Assembly: GCA_029953675.1 (NCBI GenBank)
Contig: JAMWBK010000007.1
Location: 1-64,000, forward strand
DNA: 64,000 bases
Direction of reading: 5' to 3'
DNA from: Rhodosorus marinus CCMP1338
Lineage: Eukaryota > Plantae > Rhodophyta
Shown here: piece by piece, positions 43,145 through 55,675 of the stretch
How positions within the stretch are numbered: the stretch's first letter is position 1
How the letters are laid out: every line of letters begins with the position of its first letter
Position numbers and translations under genes: made by a program
Notes under the pieces: generated by a model
What the model was told of the DNA's origin: nothing
The model's input: the letters and a program-made list of their open reading frames with translations, nothing else
Databases searched by the model: none

Positions 43145-43794
43145 GCCTTTCGTGCTTGTTGTTTTACTTCCTTAGTTCCGTTAGGTGAAGACGTCTCTCT
43201 GAAAATGTTCAATATACATGTTATGACAATATATACATATATTGCTCGCGATGACATAGCGTTGGTTTTGTCCCTAAAGTCCGGGCTATTCTCTTCCCCT
43301 TCTTCGAATACAACCCGAGATGTTTCACACCGCAGTCCCCGCAACCGGGTCAGCTTGTTGAGTTGAATGATGCTAAATTTTTGTCAGCAAGTGTTAAACA
43401 ATTGAACGTGGGTCTGGTCTTTTTTGGCATTTTCATATCTGCGAAAGCTCCATTGGAATTTCTGTGGCAGCCTGTTATAGTAAAAACCCGCGTGTACGGG
43501 GCGTCATGAACTCGGGCATGGCGTCCTCCAAACTTTGCCGCATTCTGATGAAAATAATTGCAAGCAGGACGCTGGTGCGGACATGCCAATATCTGTCTGT
43601 TCACGCTCGCTACTGGTGACTAGGACTCTGTTAGTTTCTATTCATCAACCAAACGACGAAAAGAGAAACAACAAAAAAAACGCTCTAATCCTCTTGGAAT
43701 TCCTCCTTCAAATCTACACAACTCCTTGTCGCCTACAAAGCCACACGAAAAGGGATGGACCCAAATTCTTTCAAGGCTAACTCTGATGGCTCAC

Positions 43795-45184
43795 GCGGGG
43801 GCTTTGTCTTCCCCTGGTGTTCGTGCTTCGGCACTAGCACATCGCTTGGTACCCCTGATCATTGAGTGCTTTGGGTTCATGGACTCTGTTGGTTCACGCT
43901 GGCTTCGGGAGTTGTTCCGCGAACGCCCTGACCGTCTTCAATCGTTGTTTACCCGCTTAAGTTTCCTGCTGTGGCGCATGAATGCCGCTTTGATGTTGGA
44001 CCATTCGTTCCGATGTTGGAGGCGCGAGTACTTCGCCGCACTTAGTCTTTTTTCCCCTCGGGGTTTTTTTTTCAGCCTCGGATTAAACCATTCGTTCGAT
44101 GCCTCATTAGATTCTCATAAGATGAATTTGTTGCTGCTCCGCGGATAATGCTAAGAGCGCCCTTTACCGTCTTCAATCGTTGTTTACCCGCTTAAGTTTC
44201 CTGCTGTGGCGCATGAATGCCGCTTTGATGTTGGAGGCGCGAGTACTTCGCCGCGCTTAGTCTTTTTTTCCCCTCGGGGTTTTTTTTTTTTTCAGCCTCC
44301 GATTAAACCATTCATTCAGCTAAGAGCAAGTCAAGGCGAATATTGGCAAAACACTCAGGAATGTTCCTGGAAAAAAGCGATCTTCATTGCATGGGGACGG
44401 TTTTGTTCTATTTATAGAGTTTTGGATTTCAGCGATTCTATTTTAGGGTTTGGTGCCGAAAATGATTGGCTGGGATTGATTCGACGACGAACGAATGGTT
44501 TAATCGGAGGCTGAAAGAAAAAACCTCCAGGAGAAAAAAAGACTAAGTGCGGCCAAGAACTCGCGCCTCCAAAATGATTGATTGCTGCCGTTTGCCCATT
44601 TCGTTTCACACGTTCATTTAATCGAACGAATGTTTTAATCGGAGGCTGAAAAAAAAACCCCGAGGGGAAAAAAAGACTAAGCGCGGCGAAGTACTCGCGC
44701 CTCCAACATCAAAGCGGCATTCATGCGCCACAGCAGGAAACTTAAGCGGGTAAACAACGATTGAAGACGGTCAGGGCGTTCGCGGAACAACTCCCGAAGC
44801 CAGCGAGAACCAACAGAGTCCATGAACCCAAAGCACTCAATGATCAGGGGTACCAAGCGATGTGCTAATGCCGAAGCACGAACACCAGGGGAAGACAAAG
44901 CCCCCGCGTATTTGATCTCTTTGCGGCGTCTCATGCTGGTGGCGGCAGATCCACGGCGCTCCCCCGCAGCCGGGAGATAACGACTAGCTTGAGGGTTAGG
45001 AACAGCAAGATCAACGTATGTGGTACGGCGGCTGTCGTCACAGGTGATCACCAGGTCGGCTACACGGCGTTCATCATTTTGAAAGTCCGCGACGGGTAAA
45101 GGTTTCTCACGTTCGATTTCCAGACCGGCTTGCCGGACTATAGGCCGAAGTTCCCGGTATAACAGGTTCAAGATCCGTGTATGG
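43795..45184. mobile_element. Four family B insertions in duplication copy 1 (43795-44097 +, 44159-44318 +, 44482-44575 -, 44622-45184 -)
   Basis: Absent from copy 2; TSDs GATG(G/C)CTCA, GCTAAGAGC, GATTGATT, CGTTCATTTAA. Confidence 0.88.
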
Positions 45185-46069
45185 CGTTCATTTAAGCACT
45201 GACAAGGTTTGTACAGCTTACTCCAAGTAAACCACCACCACCACCACCACCACCACCACCACCAAACCGAATATAGCGCTAAGGATGCGGAATGTGTAAA
45301 GCAAATGAGGCTACGCTAAGGGCACACCAGGACGGCCAATACTACTTTCTATGGGAAACAGTGTCTGGACGTTGTTCGCTAACTGGGTTGGTTCGGATCG
45401 ACGGCATCCATTGGCACATGTCGATCGTTTCATCCAATCGGTTGAGGCGGATCCTGGATTAATGTAGAGGACCTATGGAAGCGTTGCTGATACTTTGAAT
45501 TAGGTGAGAGGTCTGAGGCGTGCTGTGTATGTTCACAAAAATATTTATTCACTCGTTGACTGGGTTGGTTCGGATCGACTGCATCCATGGTCGATTTCTC
45601 CGTCCAATCGTTTAAGAGCAGATCCTCTGTTAATGGAGAGGATGTATGGAAGGAAGCGTCGTTGCTGACAATTCGAATTCGGTGAGAAAACTGAGCCGTA
45701 TTGTGTTTTGTTCCAAGCCTATGGAAATGTCTAATGGGAGGAAACACACAGCTAAGGGTTTTGGTTTTGGTCTTGGTTCGGTTTCGTTTGACTTTTTTCA
45801 GCGCTCTGAGTGTTTTGTCTCTTTCTGGTGCAGTCACACGCTTCTGTGGCTGTTCTCCAGCTCTCTCGCCTTTTTGGGGGCATGTGCGCAACAAGTCGTC
45901 TGCTTGTTTTCTTTTCTCCATCGCTGGAAAATAGTCACTAATATCTGCTCCTCCTCGATTTCCGCTGTCGAAGATCGTAGGTAAATGAACGGATTCGGGA
46001 GCAGAACGTATCTTCTTTCGGCTCGTGGTGAGAATTCTGCGCTGTTTTAGCCCGAGCAAATCAGAAGGT

Positions 46070-46162
46070 GTTACGTTAGTCTGAAGTTGAGAGCGACCAT
46101 AGAGTAGTGGTATTTCGCTGTGGTAGGTAGCTGCCTAATAAAGACTACGGGGTTACGTTAGT
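46070..46162 (+). mobile_element. Family D 3' tip flanked by GTTACGTTAGT on both sides
   Basis: Similar to 53825-53892; telomere 11-mer at 46070-46080 and 46152-46162. Confidence 0.8.
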
Positions 46163-46593
46163 GGGAAATAGGTGCAGCAACTATCGTTTCCATAGAGCAC
46201 CTCTGGACATGCCATCATACTCGACTTCGTGACGGTACCGGTAAAGCCGTTTTTCTCCTTCATCTTTTCGACATCCTTGTACTTGTTCCAGAGGAGACTT
46301 TCAGAGACAGTCCAGCGAAACGCTGCCCAGAGTCTGGTCAGCTCGTAGCCGTCGGCAGCTGTGAAGGTGTATCTCATACAGTTGCCCTCATCCCGAGTAG
46401 GCACTGTTGATGTACAGATCTCTCCCAGAACCTTTCGTCCAGACTTCGTGACTAGGTTTCTGCAAATATCTATGTACTGGAACTCGTCTTTCCTGGGATC
46501 CATACTGCAGTCTTCGTAGTCTGCTGTCGCCGTTCCAATCATCGCCAATACAAGCAAAAGCAAGACGCTGAACCGTTTCATTTTTCCTTCCAT
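46163..46593 (-). pseudogene. 3'-truncated duplicate of the 229-aa Cys-rich protein gene
   Basis: Matches 42455-43144 up to ...GNDSCCT, then runs into the D tip/telomere seed. Confidence 0.85.
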
Positions 46594-47254
46594 GCCTTAC
46601 GTACTCGTTGTTTTACTCCCTTAGTTCCGTTGGGTGAAGACGTGTCTCCGAAAAAGTTCAATATACATGTAATGACAATATATACATATATTGCTCGTGA
46701 TGACATAGCGTTGGTTTTGTCCCTAAAGTCCGGGCTATTCTTTTCCCCTTCTTTGAATAGCACCCGAGGTGTTTCACACCGCAGTCCCCGCAACCGGGTC
46801 AGCTTGTTGAGTTGAATGATGCTAAATTTTTGTCAGCAAGTATTAAACAATTGAAGGTGGGTCTGGTCGGTTTTTGCATTTTCATATCTGCGAAAGCTCC
46901 ATTGGGATTTCTGTGGCAGCCTCTTATAGTAAAAACCCGCGTGTACGGGGCGTCATTAAATCGGGCATGGCGTCCTCCAAACTTTGCTGCATTCTGATGA
47001 AAAAATTTCAAGCAGGACGCTGGTGCGGACATGCCAATGTATGTATGTTCACACTCGCCACTGGTGACTAGGACGCTGTTGGTTTCCATTCATCAACCAA
47101 ACGACGAAAAGAGAAACAACAAAAAATACGCTCTAATCCTCTTGGAATTCCTCCTTCAAATCTACAACCCCTTGTCGCCTACGAACGAATGGTTTAATCG
47201 GCGGCCACAAAGCCACACGAACAGGATTGGACCCAAATTCTTGCAAGGTTAACT

Positions 47255-47592
47255 GGGCTTTACTAGCATAGCCTGAAGCGCTACGCAAGGCGTGAAAAGG
47301 AACTAAGAACTAGGGAGGGAAGCGTGCAAACCCAGGCGCCGATGGCGCGCCTGGGTTGGCAAGCATACTGCTAGAATATCCCCACAGAGCAGCACTCAAA
47401 CGCCGTAAAAGCGCCAAGTACTCAGTAGGATGCTCAGCGAAACATTTCCGCAACCACTCTAAACCCGATTTATCCACATGACCAAAGCTTTCCACACTGA
47501 AAGGGTGGAACCGGTGGGAGCGACCCTCGGCGTAGGGCAGACTGACCATGCTCTCAGTATACCGTCTTTCCTTCACTCGTTGAAGAGCCGAA
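47255..47592 (-). mobile_element. Family C 5'-truncated diverged copy, TSD GCAAG(G/C)TTAACT
   Basis: Absent from duplication copy 1; TSD at 47243-47254 and 47593-47604. Confidence 0.82.
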
Positions 47593-48819
47593 GCAAGCTT
47601 AACTCAGATGCCCCATTAGATTCTCATAAGATGAATTTGTTGCAGCTCTGCGGAAGAGCAAGTCAAGGCGAATATTGGCAAAATACTCAGGAATGTTCAT
47701 GGGAAAAAGCGCTCTTCATTGCATTGGGAAGGTTTTGTTCTATTTATAGAGTTGCGGATTTCGGCGATTCTATTTTAGGCTTTGGCGGAAATTGATTGGC
47801 CGGGATTGATTGCTGCCGTTTGCCCATGTCGTTTGACACGTTCATTTATTCACTGACTAGGTTTGTACAGCTTACTCCAAGTAAAAACCACCACCACCAC
47901 CACCACCACCAAACCGAATATAACGCTAAGGATTCGGAATGAAAGCAAATTAGGCTGCTCTAAGGACACACCAGGACGGCCAATACTGCTTTCTCTTGGA
48001 AACAGTGTTCGGACGTTGTTCGCTAACTGGGTTGGTTCGGATCGACGGCATCCATTGGCACATGTCGAACGTTTCGTCCACTCGGTTGAGGGCGGATCCT
48101 CGATTAATGTAGAGGACATATGGAAGCGTTGCTGATACTTTGAATTAGGTGAGAGGTCTGAGGCGTGCTGTATTATGTTCATAAAAATCTTTATTCACTC
48201 GTTGACTGGGTTGGTTCCGATCGACGGCATCCATGATCGATTTCTCCGTCCAATCGTTTAAGAGCAGATCCTCGGTTAATGGAGAGGATACATGGAAGGA
48301 AGCGTCGTTGCTTACATTTTGAATTCGGTGAGAAAACTGAGCCGTACTGTGTTTTGTTCCAAGCCTATGGAAATGTCTAATGGGAGGAAACACACAGCTA
48401 AGGGTTTTGGCTTTGGTCTTGGTTCGGTTTCGTTTGATTTTTTTCAGCGCTCTGACTGTTTCGTCTCTTTCTGGCGGTCTTGGTTCGGTTTCACTTGATT
48501 TTTTCCAGCGCTCTGACTGTTTCGTCGCTTTCTGGTGGCAGTACAACACGCTTCTGTGGCTGTTCTCTAGCTCTCTCGCCTTTTTGGGGGCATGCGCGCA
48601 ACGAGTCGTCTGCTTGTTTTCTTTTCTTCATCGCAGGAAAATAGTCACTAATATCTGCTCCTCCTCGATTTCCGCTGTCGAAGGTCGTAGGTAAATGAAC
48701 GGATTCGGGAGCAGAAGCGTATCTTCTTTCGGTTCGTGGTGAGGATTCTGCGCTGTTTTAGCCACAAATCAGGTGTTACGTTGGTCTGAAGTTGAGAGCG
48801 ACCATAGAGTAGTGGTTGG

Positions 48820-49325
48820 GGCTGCCAATTCCAGGATTACGGACGACGGAGAGGTGTACTATCTGTCATAGTACGCTACGTACTAATGGCGTACAAAGAT
48901 TTCACCACTGTCCTACTTCGACTGGACTGTGGCAAAGGCGCCATGATGAGATATGTACTTAGCTGGCGAGATGGTTTAACCGTTGGAAATTCCGAGAGGT
49001 CAAGTAAGAACCCATAGAATACTTCAGAAACTCGAATCTGAGACCGGATCTAGTGGGTATCCACAGTAGGACATGGTAACGTTTTTCCGTTGATGTGACG
49101 GTAGTCTCACTCCTCCAAGCACGACACCTACCTAAGAACCACGACACCAACGCATACGCCGCGAAACATGCTGATAGATGGAAATTAGCGCACTACAGGG
49201 AGGCTATGGCGACTGAACATCCCGATGATGTGTTCATCCCGATAGCGATTGAGGCCTTTGGCAGAACCGGTCAAATGACACAGGATTTCTTACGAGAAGG
49301 GTGTCCATATGCTGACAAAGCATGA
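48820..49325 (+). mobile_element. Family A-c-like degenerate knuckle/RLE fragment
   Basis: LPIPGLRTTERCTIC...RRHDE...RPDLV...DVTV...PIAIEAFGRTGQMTQDFLREGC, with stops. Confidence 0.8.
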
Positions 49326-52300
49326 GGTTACCAATGGTGATACTCCAGCGGATACAATGGATACTGCGTCAACGCTTTCGGAAGAGAACTTTCTACTGGA
49401 CTTCATGCAGAAGTTCTCGAAGTACACCGCCCTTTACGAAGATGTTGGAGTGGCAGTCACAGAGATGCAGGTTTTTTTCGTTAATGTGGACCGGTTGTAC
49501 AGCAGGGCAAGCACAACCGCCGACCTGAAGGGGATCAATGATCATCTGGAGCGTTTGGGTGCAAACCCCATGCTGTGGAACCCCTCGAAAGTGCCGCACG
49601 GAGGTCAGCCCCGCCATGGACAGCACCAGAAGATACCCTATCAACTCGGGAGTCAATCCACCGATCAGTCAACAGAGGAGTCTGGGGCGGGACACCGAGA
49701 GATGCCCACCATGGGACAACAGCAACTGGACAGCAGAGTTCGGGACAGTCTGGGGTGGGACAGCAGGATCTAGCATTCCCCCCCTTGGGACATACCCCTC
49801 CCAGTGGCACGTACGCACAGCGTGCGGCCAAGGCAGCCGGGATGCGTCAGCAGACAGCCCTCAGACAACTGCACCACGGTTGGAGGAAGCAGATGGGGCC
49901 CCGATACACTCCCAGTGCTCGCGACGTTGCGAAACGTACGCCCGCCGCGCAACGAATTGGTGGCGCTCTCGGATTACAAACAAGTCCTGTGCACAGCGCT
50001 GGGTATTCTGGTACCCCTAATTGCACATATCGACTTTGTCGCCACCCACGCACTACTGGTATGTCATCCGGACGCGATACCCTTGATCACGAGCGCCATT
50101 GCGAGGGGAGTGTTCCATTCACGTGTGTTTGGATCCTTCGCGAGACGCCGCCAAGATCACCAGGTAACAATTCACACCGGAGTCGAGCCAGAAGCGCGGA
50201 ACCTGATCGAGTACAATGAGAGGCTCGCACTACAGACGCATGAAGTTAGCCAACGCACACTTGAGCGAGCCATTGAACAGATGGAGAGAGTTAAGCGCCT
50301 GATTTCCCTGCAGTCGATGCCGTTCACTACTCCCCCCCTTCGGCTTCCATCCATGCGCATCTGGATGCTCGCATGGAGTATCTGCGCTCGCGCCTTGAGT
50401 CGCAGGAACCCGCAGCCCACCGCATGGCCTCCACTGTCACGTAAGAGGGAGTGAGATCCCGCTCCAGACAGGAGCTGATAACGAAAGCGCACCGATTCCC
50501 GAAGTCACACCGGGCAATGCACAAGCGAATTACCGCCAGATATTGGGGCCTCTGAAACTTCGGGTACCGGCAGCTCCGAGGCCCAGCCGACCACTATGGA
50601 AGTGGTCCATGATGAAGATACCCCCGCCACGGACGAGACACGATCTCTGAAGAACCGAGACAGCAGGACTCTGCGCCCGAAAACGCCCAATCATGAGCCA
50701 GGTTCGAGAAAGCGGCTGCGAGACACCGCGTTGATCACCACGGATCCGGAGGCTTGGGAACAACGGCTTCACATGTTCCTAGTTGCACAGACGGACGACA
50801 GCAGCCGCTGGTGGATGGTCACACATAACTCCGTACGGACCCGTGAACACGTACCTAATGCACAGGCCAAACATTGGAACCTACTACTCCACCGTGCACT
50901 AGGTCTGGCATTGAACACTGCAGCGGCTCTGCTCTTACGCCTCTTCATCATGGCATTACTTGCGTGGCGCTAGGAATCTGTGATCTTCAGATCGGGGAAC
51001 AAATGGGGCATCTCTTGGAGGGTGAATTCTCAGTTGTATGGAAGGCGTTAAATGTGGCGGCCACCAGCCAGCCCTCTCCTAGTGAGAGGAGAGCTGATAA
51101 CCAGAGAGAAACATGGAAAAATAGACAGGTTGTGAAGCTGGCTCATTCTGGGCGCCTCTCTGCATCTTCACAGCGCCTTGAAGCCACGGAGCTCGCACCG
51201 CAGACGTCGTCCACGTGGAACGCTCTGCGCGAGCTATTTCCAGACGCCTCGATGGAACCGTTACATCCGGATGTTGCGAAAGAATGAACCGAATTCTCGA
51301 CGAAGCTAGAGATCACCCTCCCCGCAAATGGAATCCGTCTGACGCGAACGACGAATCACTCCTCTCACTGATCAATAGACACCCGCCAAAAACGGGTCCC
51401 GGGCCAAGTGGCCTTCGCGCCGAGCATCTACAGTCTGTGACTTCAACGAATAGGCCTCTGTTGGTACGGTTCCTGCGCTGCGCCTCGTGAAGAATCCTGA
51501 AATATTTCCACGTACGCTGCGGCAAGCCCTGAGTAGCAGCCGACTGCTGCCCTTCATAAAGCCCGACAAGGAAGACGCCTCTGAAATCGCAGTCCCTCGA
51601 CGAGTTCGTGTTCGCCCGATCGCGGTTCCAGAAGTTTTACGAAAGTTGGCAGCCCAGTGGGTGCTTCGCGGGGTTTCAAGTAGACTGAGCACGTTTCTTA
51701 CTCCACAGCAACTAGGAATCTCCGTTCGTAGTGGATGTGAACAAGCCCTACACGCCGTTCAAGCCCACTTACACTACGAACCTCGACACGCACTGCTGAA
51801 ACTCGACTTGGAGAACGCGTTCAACCGGATCGACAGGAGAGTGGGGGCATTGGTAGCTGATGCCTGCTTCCCGGAGCTGATGCCAATACTCATCCTCGCG
51901 TATGAGGAGTCAGAGGAAAGTGCCCCCCTGCAGTTTGCCTGGGCGAACTGCAACGAAACTGAGCACAAAATCACCGATCGCCTGTTCCTGGAGGCCAAGA
52001 CGGGAGTGCAACTAGGGGACCCCCCGGGACCGGTGCTACTCGCACTCGCCCTAGCACCTTTTTTGCGGGGTCTGGGAAGAAAGTTCCCCGAGTCGACGCT
52101 CGCGGCAGTGCACGACGACATTTCGTTAGTAGGTGAGCTACAAACCTGTAAGACCGCGCTGTTATGGAGCCAGGAGGCCTTGTCCGGCATCGGAGCAAAG
52201 CTGCAACGTTCGAAATGTGTTCTATACGCACCACGGTTGGACACTCCCAGGGTGGTTAACCTCGACATCCCTGGGGTTGAGGTGACACGAGCCGGGACTA

Positions 52301-53892
52301 CATTGTACTCGCTACCTATTGGCACTCGCAAGTACGCGGAAGAAAGATGTCGGGCCATTCAAACGAGACATGCGAAATGGTAAAGGCCATCCAGCGTCTC
52401 CCTGATGCAGAACTCCAAGTCAAGCTTGCTCTCTTTCGGTCCTGCGCAGGATCGAGACTCGACTACCACACACGTGGGCTGGCGTACCCACTTGGACGTA
52501 CGGTAGCGCGAGAGGCCGATGCCATCACGCTCTCGGAGCTGGAAGGACTGTGCGGAGGACTACGACAACATCAAGACATCAGCGAACGAGAGGCTAAAGC
52601 AGTTGAACAACAAATACGACTACCCTGTCGATGGGGAGGACTTGAATTTGCCACTCGAACTCGTATTCAACCTGTTGCCTTCCACTCAGGGTGGAAAAAT
52701 AGCGTGCAAGGGACCGTCACGCCGTCTAAATTCCTAGAAAGGCTTCACCGGGAGTGTGTTGCGGTGGCGCAAGGGGAATCGGTTTCAGGGGTTCGACTAG
52801 CATGGACAACTGACGGACTTGCTAGGCAACTGGTGGAGGCAAGTCGCGGGATTGGACGACGGTTGTCAACGACCACAAGTGCGCGGATCAAGAGGATGGC
52901 GGAATGGCAGCTGAGTGCGGAGTCAGCCCAAGGCACAGCTGAGGACGCAGAAGGAAACCAGAGGTTTGACGGTCCAATACAAAAAAAACTCTCGAGAGTG
53001 TCACCGGCAAGCCTTTGAGGTACTTACCGGGGATCCAACGCTGGAAGATATTGACCGGGCGCGTATCCGATCGGCAGCCGGAACAGGATGTGGGGTATGG
53101 ATGCGAGACTGTCCTAGTACAGGGCCGAGGCAGTTGAACAGAGGTGAGATGATCTAGAGCATCCGGATGCTGTTGGGGCTACCACTAACAGGACTAGCTC
53201 GGTCCTACACGTGCACAATTTGTGGACAAGCTCACGATGTACGAGGAATTCAACGTCTACATCCCTGCCGAACGTCGTCAGGTATGCGCAAAAAGCGACA
53301 TGATGAACTAAAAATGGAGCTGGGCCGATGGATGCGCGAATTTTACGGAACTACAAGTGGAGCCGCAAGGGTTCTTTTCCGGGTCAGGTATTCGACCAGA
53401 TATTGTAGCACGGCATCCGACGAGCGGGCATGTGTACGTGGTGGACGTAATGGTGAAGTCGCCGCTTCAACGTCATCAACTGAGACAAACGAGCTGGAGA
53501 ATCGGATATGCAGCGGCGAAAGGGGAGCAAAGCAAAGTGGCACACTACCAGGAGTTAATACGCAGGGAGGTGATACTCGTACCATTCATTGTTGAGACGT
53601 TTGGACGGCTGGGACAGGTAGGACTAGAATTTCTGCGAAAGGCCACTGCTCATCTTCATGATCGTGAAACACACCTAACATCGGTGAGGGGTCAATTAAA
53701 TCGGATTCTGTGGCAGCGTAATGCTGCGCTATTAGAGCATGCGATCGAGAAAGATCGCGCGGATAGAACAATATTTCCATTGAGTAGAACTTAGATGAGA
53801 CCCCTGGACAGGGAGTCCAAGTGAGTTTAGAGCGAGCATATAGTGTGGTATTGCGCTGCGGTAGGTAGCTGCCGAATAAAGGCTACGGGGTT
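49326..53892 (+). mobile_element. Family D near-full-length degenerate element (ORF1 + ORF2, many frameshifts)
   Basis: ORF1 pieces homologous to family A ORF1; RT with VHDD; GIQRLHPC; RPDIV...VDVMV...FIVETFG; 3' UTR with the A-type hairpin ending CTACGGGGTT. Confidence 0.85.
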
Positions 53893-54136
53893 GGTGAGCG
53901 ACAAAGGAGCTCCAGACCTACCATGGCGTTACCCCTTCGTGATTTAGTGAGTAAATCACATTTCAGCCATTTTGCGGCATGTAGACGGTAGTTCATCATG
54001 AAAGAACCCGCGACTACGCGATGACTCCACCGCAGGGCATTCTCAGTACTGATCTTGATACGTCAGTTTATTCAGAATCTGGCTTTATTAGCGTAACCTA
54101 AAGTCTAGCATCTACAGACACTGTGCCCCAATAACA

Positions 54137-55675
54137 TCAGGCGAAATCGTAAAGGATCTGAAGATCAACGTGCTTGGAGTAATCTCTACTCCCGTCGTCG
54201 CTAGGTCTATACACACGGATATCTCTTGCAGTCTCTTGAGGGGAATACAATTTGAACGTCTGGGTTGAGAAGAGAGTGTCGTCATCGAACGTAAGACCTC
54301 CGTCGGAGTCTTTAACGGTCACCTCGATTTCTTTGTAGTTTCCGACACCAAACTGGAGCTGCTCAGAGCCCCAGTTGGGCGTGTTGTCGTTGTCGATCTT
54401 CTTACTTGACTTGGATGGAATCTGCGGAGCATTTCCAATATATCCAACAGGTCTGACAATCACATATGGATCGGAATCACCAGCGTACCAGGGATCGTTA
54501 TCAGGGACGACGCCACTGCGCACGATGACTGTCAAATCGCCATGGTTGTACTCACAGTGCCTGCCATCGAATCCCCTAGGGCATCGGCATTCATATCCGG
54601 ACCTCCGGTTGATGCACTTCCCACCGTTGATACAGTGGCCCAGTCGACAGCTGTTCTCCTCAGCCGTTGCTTCAGTCTTAAACCGGAGGACTCTGTTACA
54701 GTTCATTGGCGATGTGCACATCTTGTAGTACTTTTCTCCAAGCTCTGTCGGGTAGAGCTGCTCGTATATCACGGTCCTCTTCCCTTCGCTCTTTGGGTCC
54801 ATCACTTTAACGCGGAAGTACTGCCAACGGCCAGCTCCGAACATGAAAGACTTGTTCGGCGGGTTAAGTTCGGAGAAGTTCACGGTCTGAATCTTTGAGC
54901 GCCTCTTTCCTTGGTCGTCCACCATCACCACTCGGACCTCCAAAACTCCGGAAAGGTTTCTCTGACCCTTAAGTTTGAGCGTAAACCGCCTCGAAGGAAT
55001 GTAGGCTGGGCAGTTGTAGAGCCTGTTCACGGTTCGAATATCACCATCGCTTAAGCTGTCCCTCGGTTGTAACGGCGCAGAGTCTGGTACAGGAATGAAA
55101 GTCCGCTTTCCATTTTTTGACAAGAATTTATCGCCGTACTGCATGACGGAGAAGAAGTCCAGAGCAACGCCCTGATTATCAACCTGATCGCAAGTGTTCT
55201 CATCGAAGAGTCGCTGGTTCTTCTTTCCTTTCAGAATGTTCTTCCTGGCGGTCGCAACGTAAGCGCCCCGGTCAGGTCGGTTTAGCTCGTCCCAGAGCCC
55301 CACGGCGTGTCCAATCTCATGAAGAGCTTGTGATGTCAGGCTGGGCCTCCCATGGCACCTTGGATGAATGGATACCTCACGAATTCCAGCTTTATATCCG
55401 ACTTTCGTATCGTAACACGCTTCACGCTTCGAGACTAGAACTATTCGGTTATAGTATGACCTCTGCAAAAACTTTAGACACGTAGTCTTCTGATACTGGT
55501 CAATTGCTTTCTCATATGCATCCCTCACGTCTGAATCAAGAGAAGCATCGTACTGATAGTAGATCCGCTGTGTAGGCCAGACTCGCGCAGAGTCGCGTAC
55601 AGAAGAACTCCCCAAGCACGCCTGAAGCAGACAGAAGGCCAACAACAGCAAACTCGCAGAACCTCCGTTCGCCAT
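54137..55675 (-). CDS. Secreted astacin-like (M12A) metalloprotease with beta/C2-like, EGF and C2-like C-terminal domains
   Basis: Signal peptide (ATG 55675); WP...IYY, TCLKF; HEIGHAVGLWDELNRPDR; Met-turn SVMQY; EGF CINGGKC...CRCPRGFDGRHC; DSDPYV/VKDSD C2-like motifs. Confidence 0.88.
   Translation of the reverse strand: MANGGSASLLLLAFCLLQACLGSSSVRDSARVWPTQRIYYQYDASLDSDVRDAYEKAIDQYQKTTCLKFLQRSYYNRIVLVSKREACYDTKVGYKAGIREVSIHPRCHGRPSLTSQALHEIGHAVGLWDELNRPDRGAYVATARKNILKGKKNQRLFDENTCDQVDNQGVALDFFSVMQYGDKFLSKNGKRTFIPVPDSAPLQPRDSLSDGDIRTVNRLYNCPAYIPSRRFTLKLKGQRNLSGVLEVRVVMVDDQGKRRSKIQTVNFSELNPPNKSFMFGAGRWQYFRVKVMDPKSEGKRTVIYEQLYPTELGEKYYKMCTSPMNCNRVLRFKTEATAEENSCRLGHCINGGKCINRRSGYECRCPRGFDGRHCEYNHGDLTVIVRSGVVPDNDPWYAGDSDPYVIVRPVGYIGNAPQIPSKSSKKIDNDNTPNWGSEQLQFGVGNYKEIEVTVKDSDGGLTFDDDTLFSTQTFKLYSPQETARDIRVYRPSDDGSRDYSKHVDLQILYDFA

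Larger units (their letters stand above)
42724..48816. repeat. Tandem segmental duplication (copy 1 ~42724-46110, copy 2 ~46172-48816)
   Basis: Colinear similarity across gene 5' part, upstream region, ACC microsatellite and D-type tip; copies differ by retroelement insertions. Confidence 0.88.
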
